A stretch of DNA of 63,254 bases, the filler included, from Octopus bimaculoides (taxonomy: Eukaryota): NCBI RefSeq assembly GCF_001194135.2. It is 5 parts of 5 records of this genome, joined end to end, with 100 filler letters (N's around TTAATTAATTAA, not from the genome) between each part and the next. Parts side by side here need not be neighbours in the genome. Positions count along the whole stretch, not along the records: positions 61,728 to 63,254 come from NC_068983.1; 4 more parts are not named here. One strand, given 5' to 3'. Positions 63,236 through 63,254 of this stretch are shown piece after piece. The notes below the pieces were generated by a model, which had not been told where the DNA came from, ran no database searches, and worked only from the letters and a program-made list of their open reading frames with translations. Positions within the stretch are counted from its first letter, which is position 1. Each line of letters opens with the position of its first letter. The translations under genes were made by a program, and so were the position numbers.

Positions 63236-63254
63236 TATATATATATATATATAT

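Overview
AT-rich, microsatellite-saturated animal genomic DNA with many N gaps. The SINE and LINE families look like those of octopus (cephalopod mollusc); this is my recollection, not a search result. Almost all ORF-track entries are translated microsatellites or gaps. Reading splice sites on the minus strand reveals two partial spliced genes. (1) Three in-frame exons (31145-31258, 25253-25423, 23688-23798) encode 132 aa of a DUF4062-type domain of the 'VDLRWG...CLQEIERCRPYF..G..FGW...SVTQLEI' family, normally the N-terminus of DUF4062-STAND NTPase-TPR/WD40 proteins. (2) Two exons (16783-16923, 9483-9676) encode the C-terminal three TM helices of a claudin/PMP22/EMP-like protein. The rest is transposon debris: mariner and Tc1 elements with TIRs, R4/Dong-like REL LINEs, RTE and CR1/L2-like LINEs, Penelope-like fragments, a probable Chapaev-type remnant, foldback MITEs and tRNA-derived SINEs. 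Five hammerhead-ribozyme-like motifs occur, two directly linked to Penelope-like coding remnants and three sharing a non-canonical core. Four artificial 44N-TTAATTAATTAA-44N linkers mark joins of unknown size, so gene order across them is uncertain. No rRNA, true tRNA gene or CRISPR array is supported.
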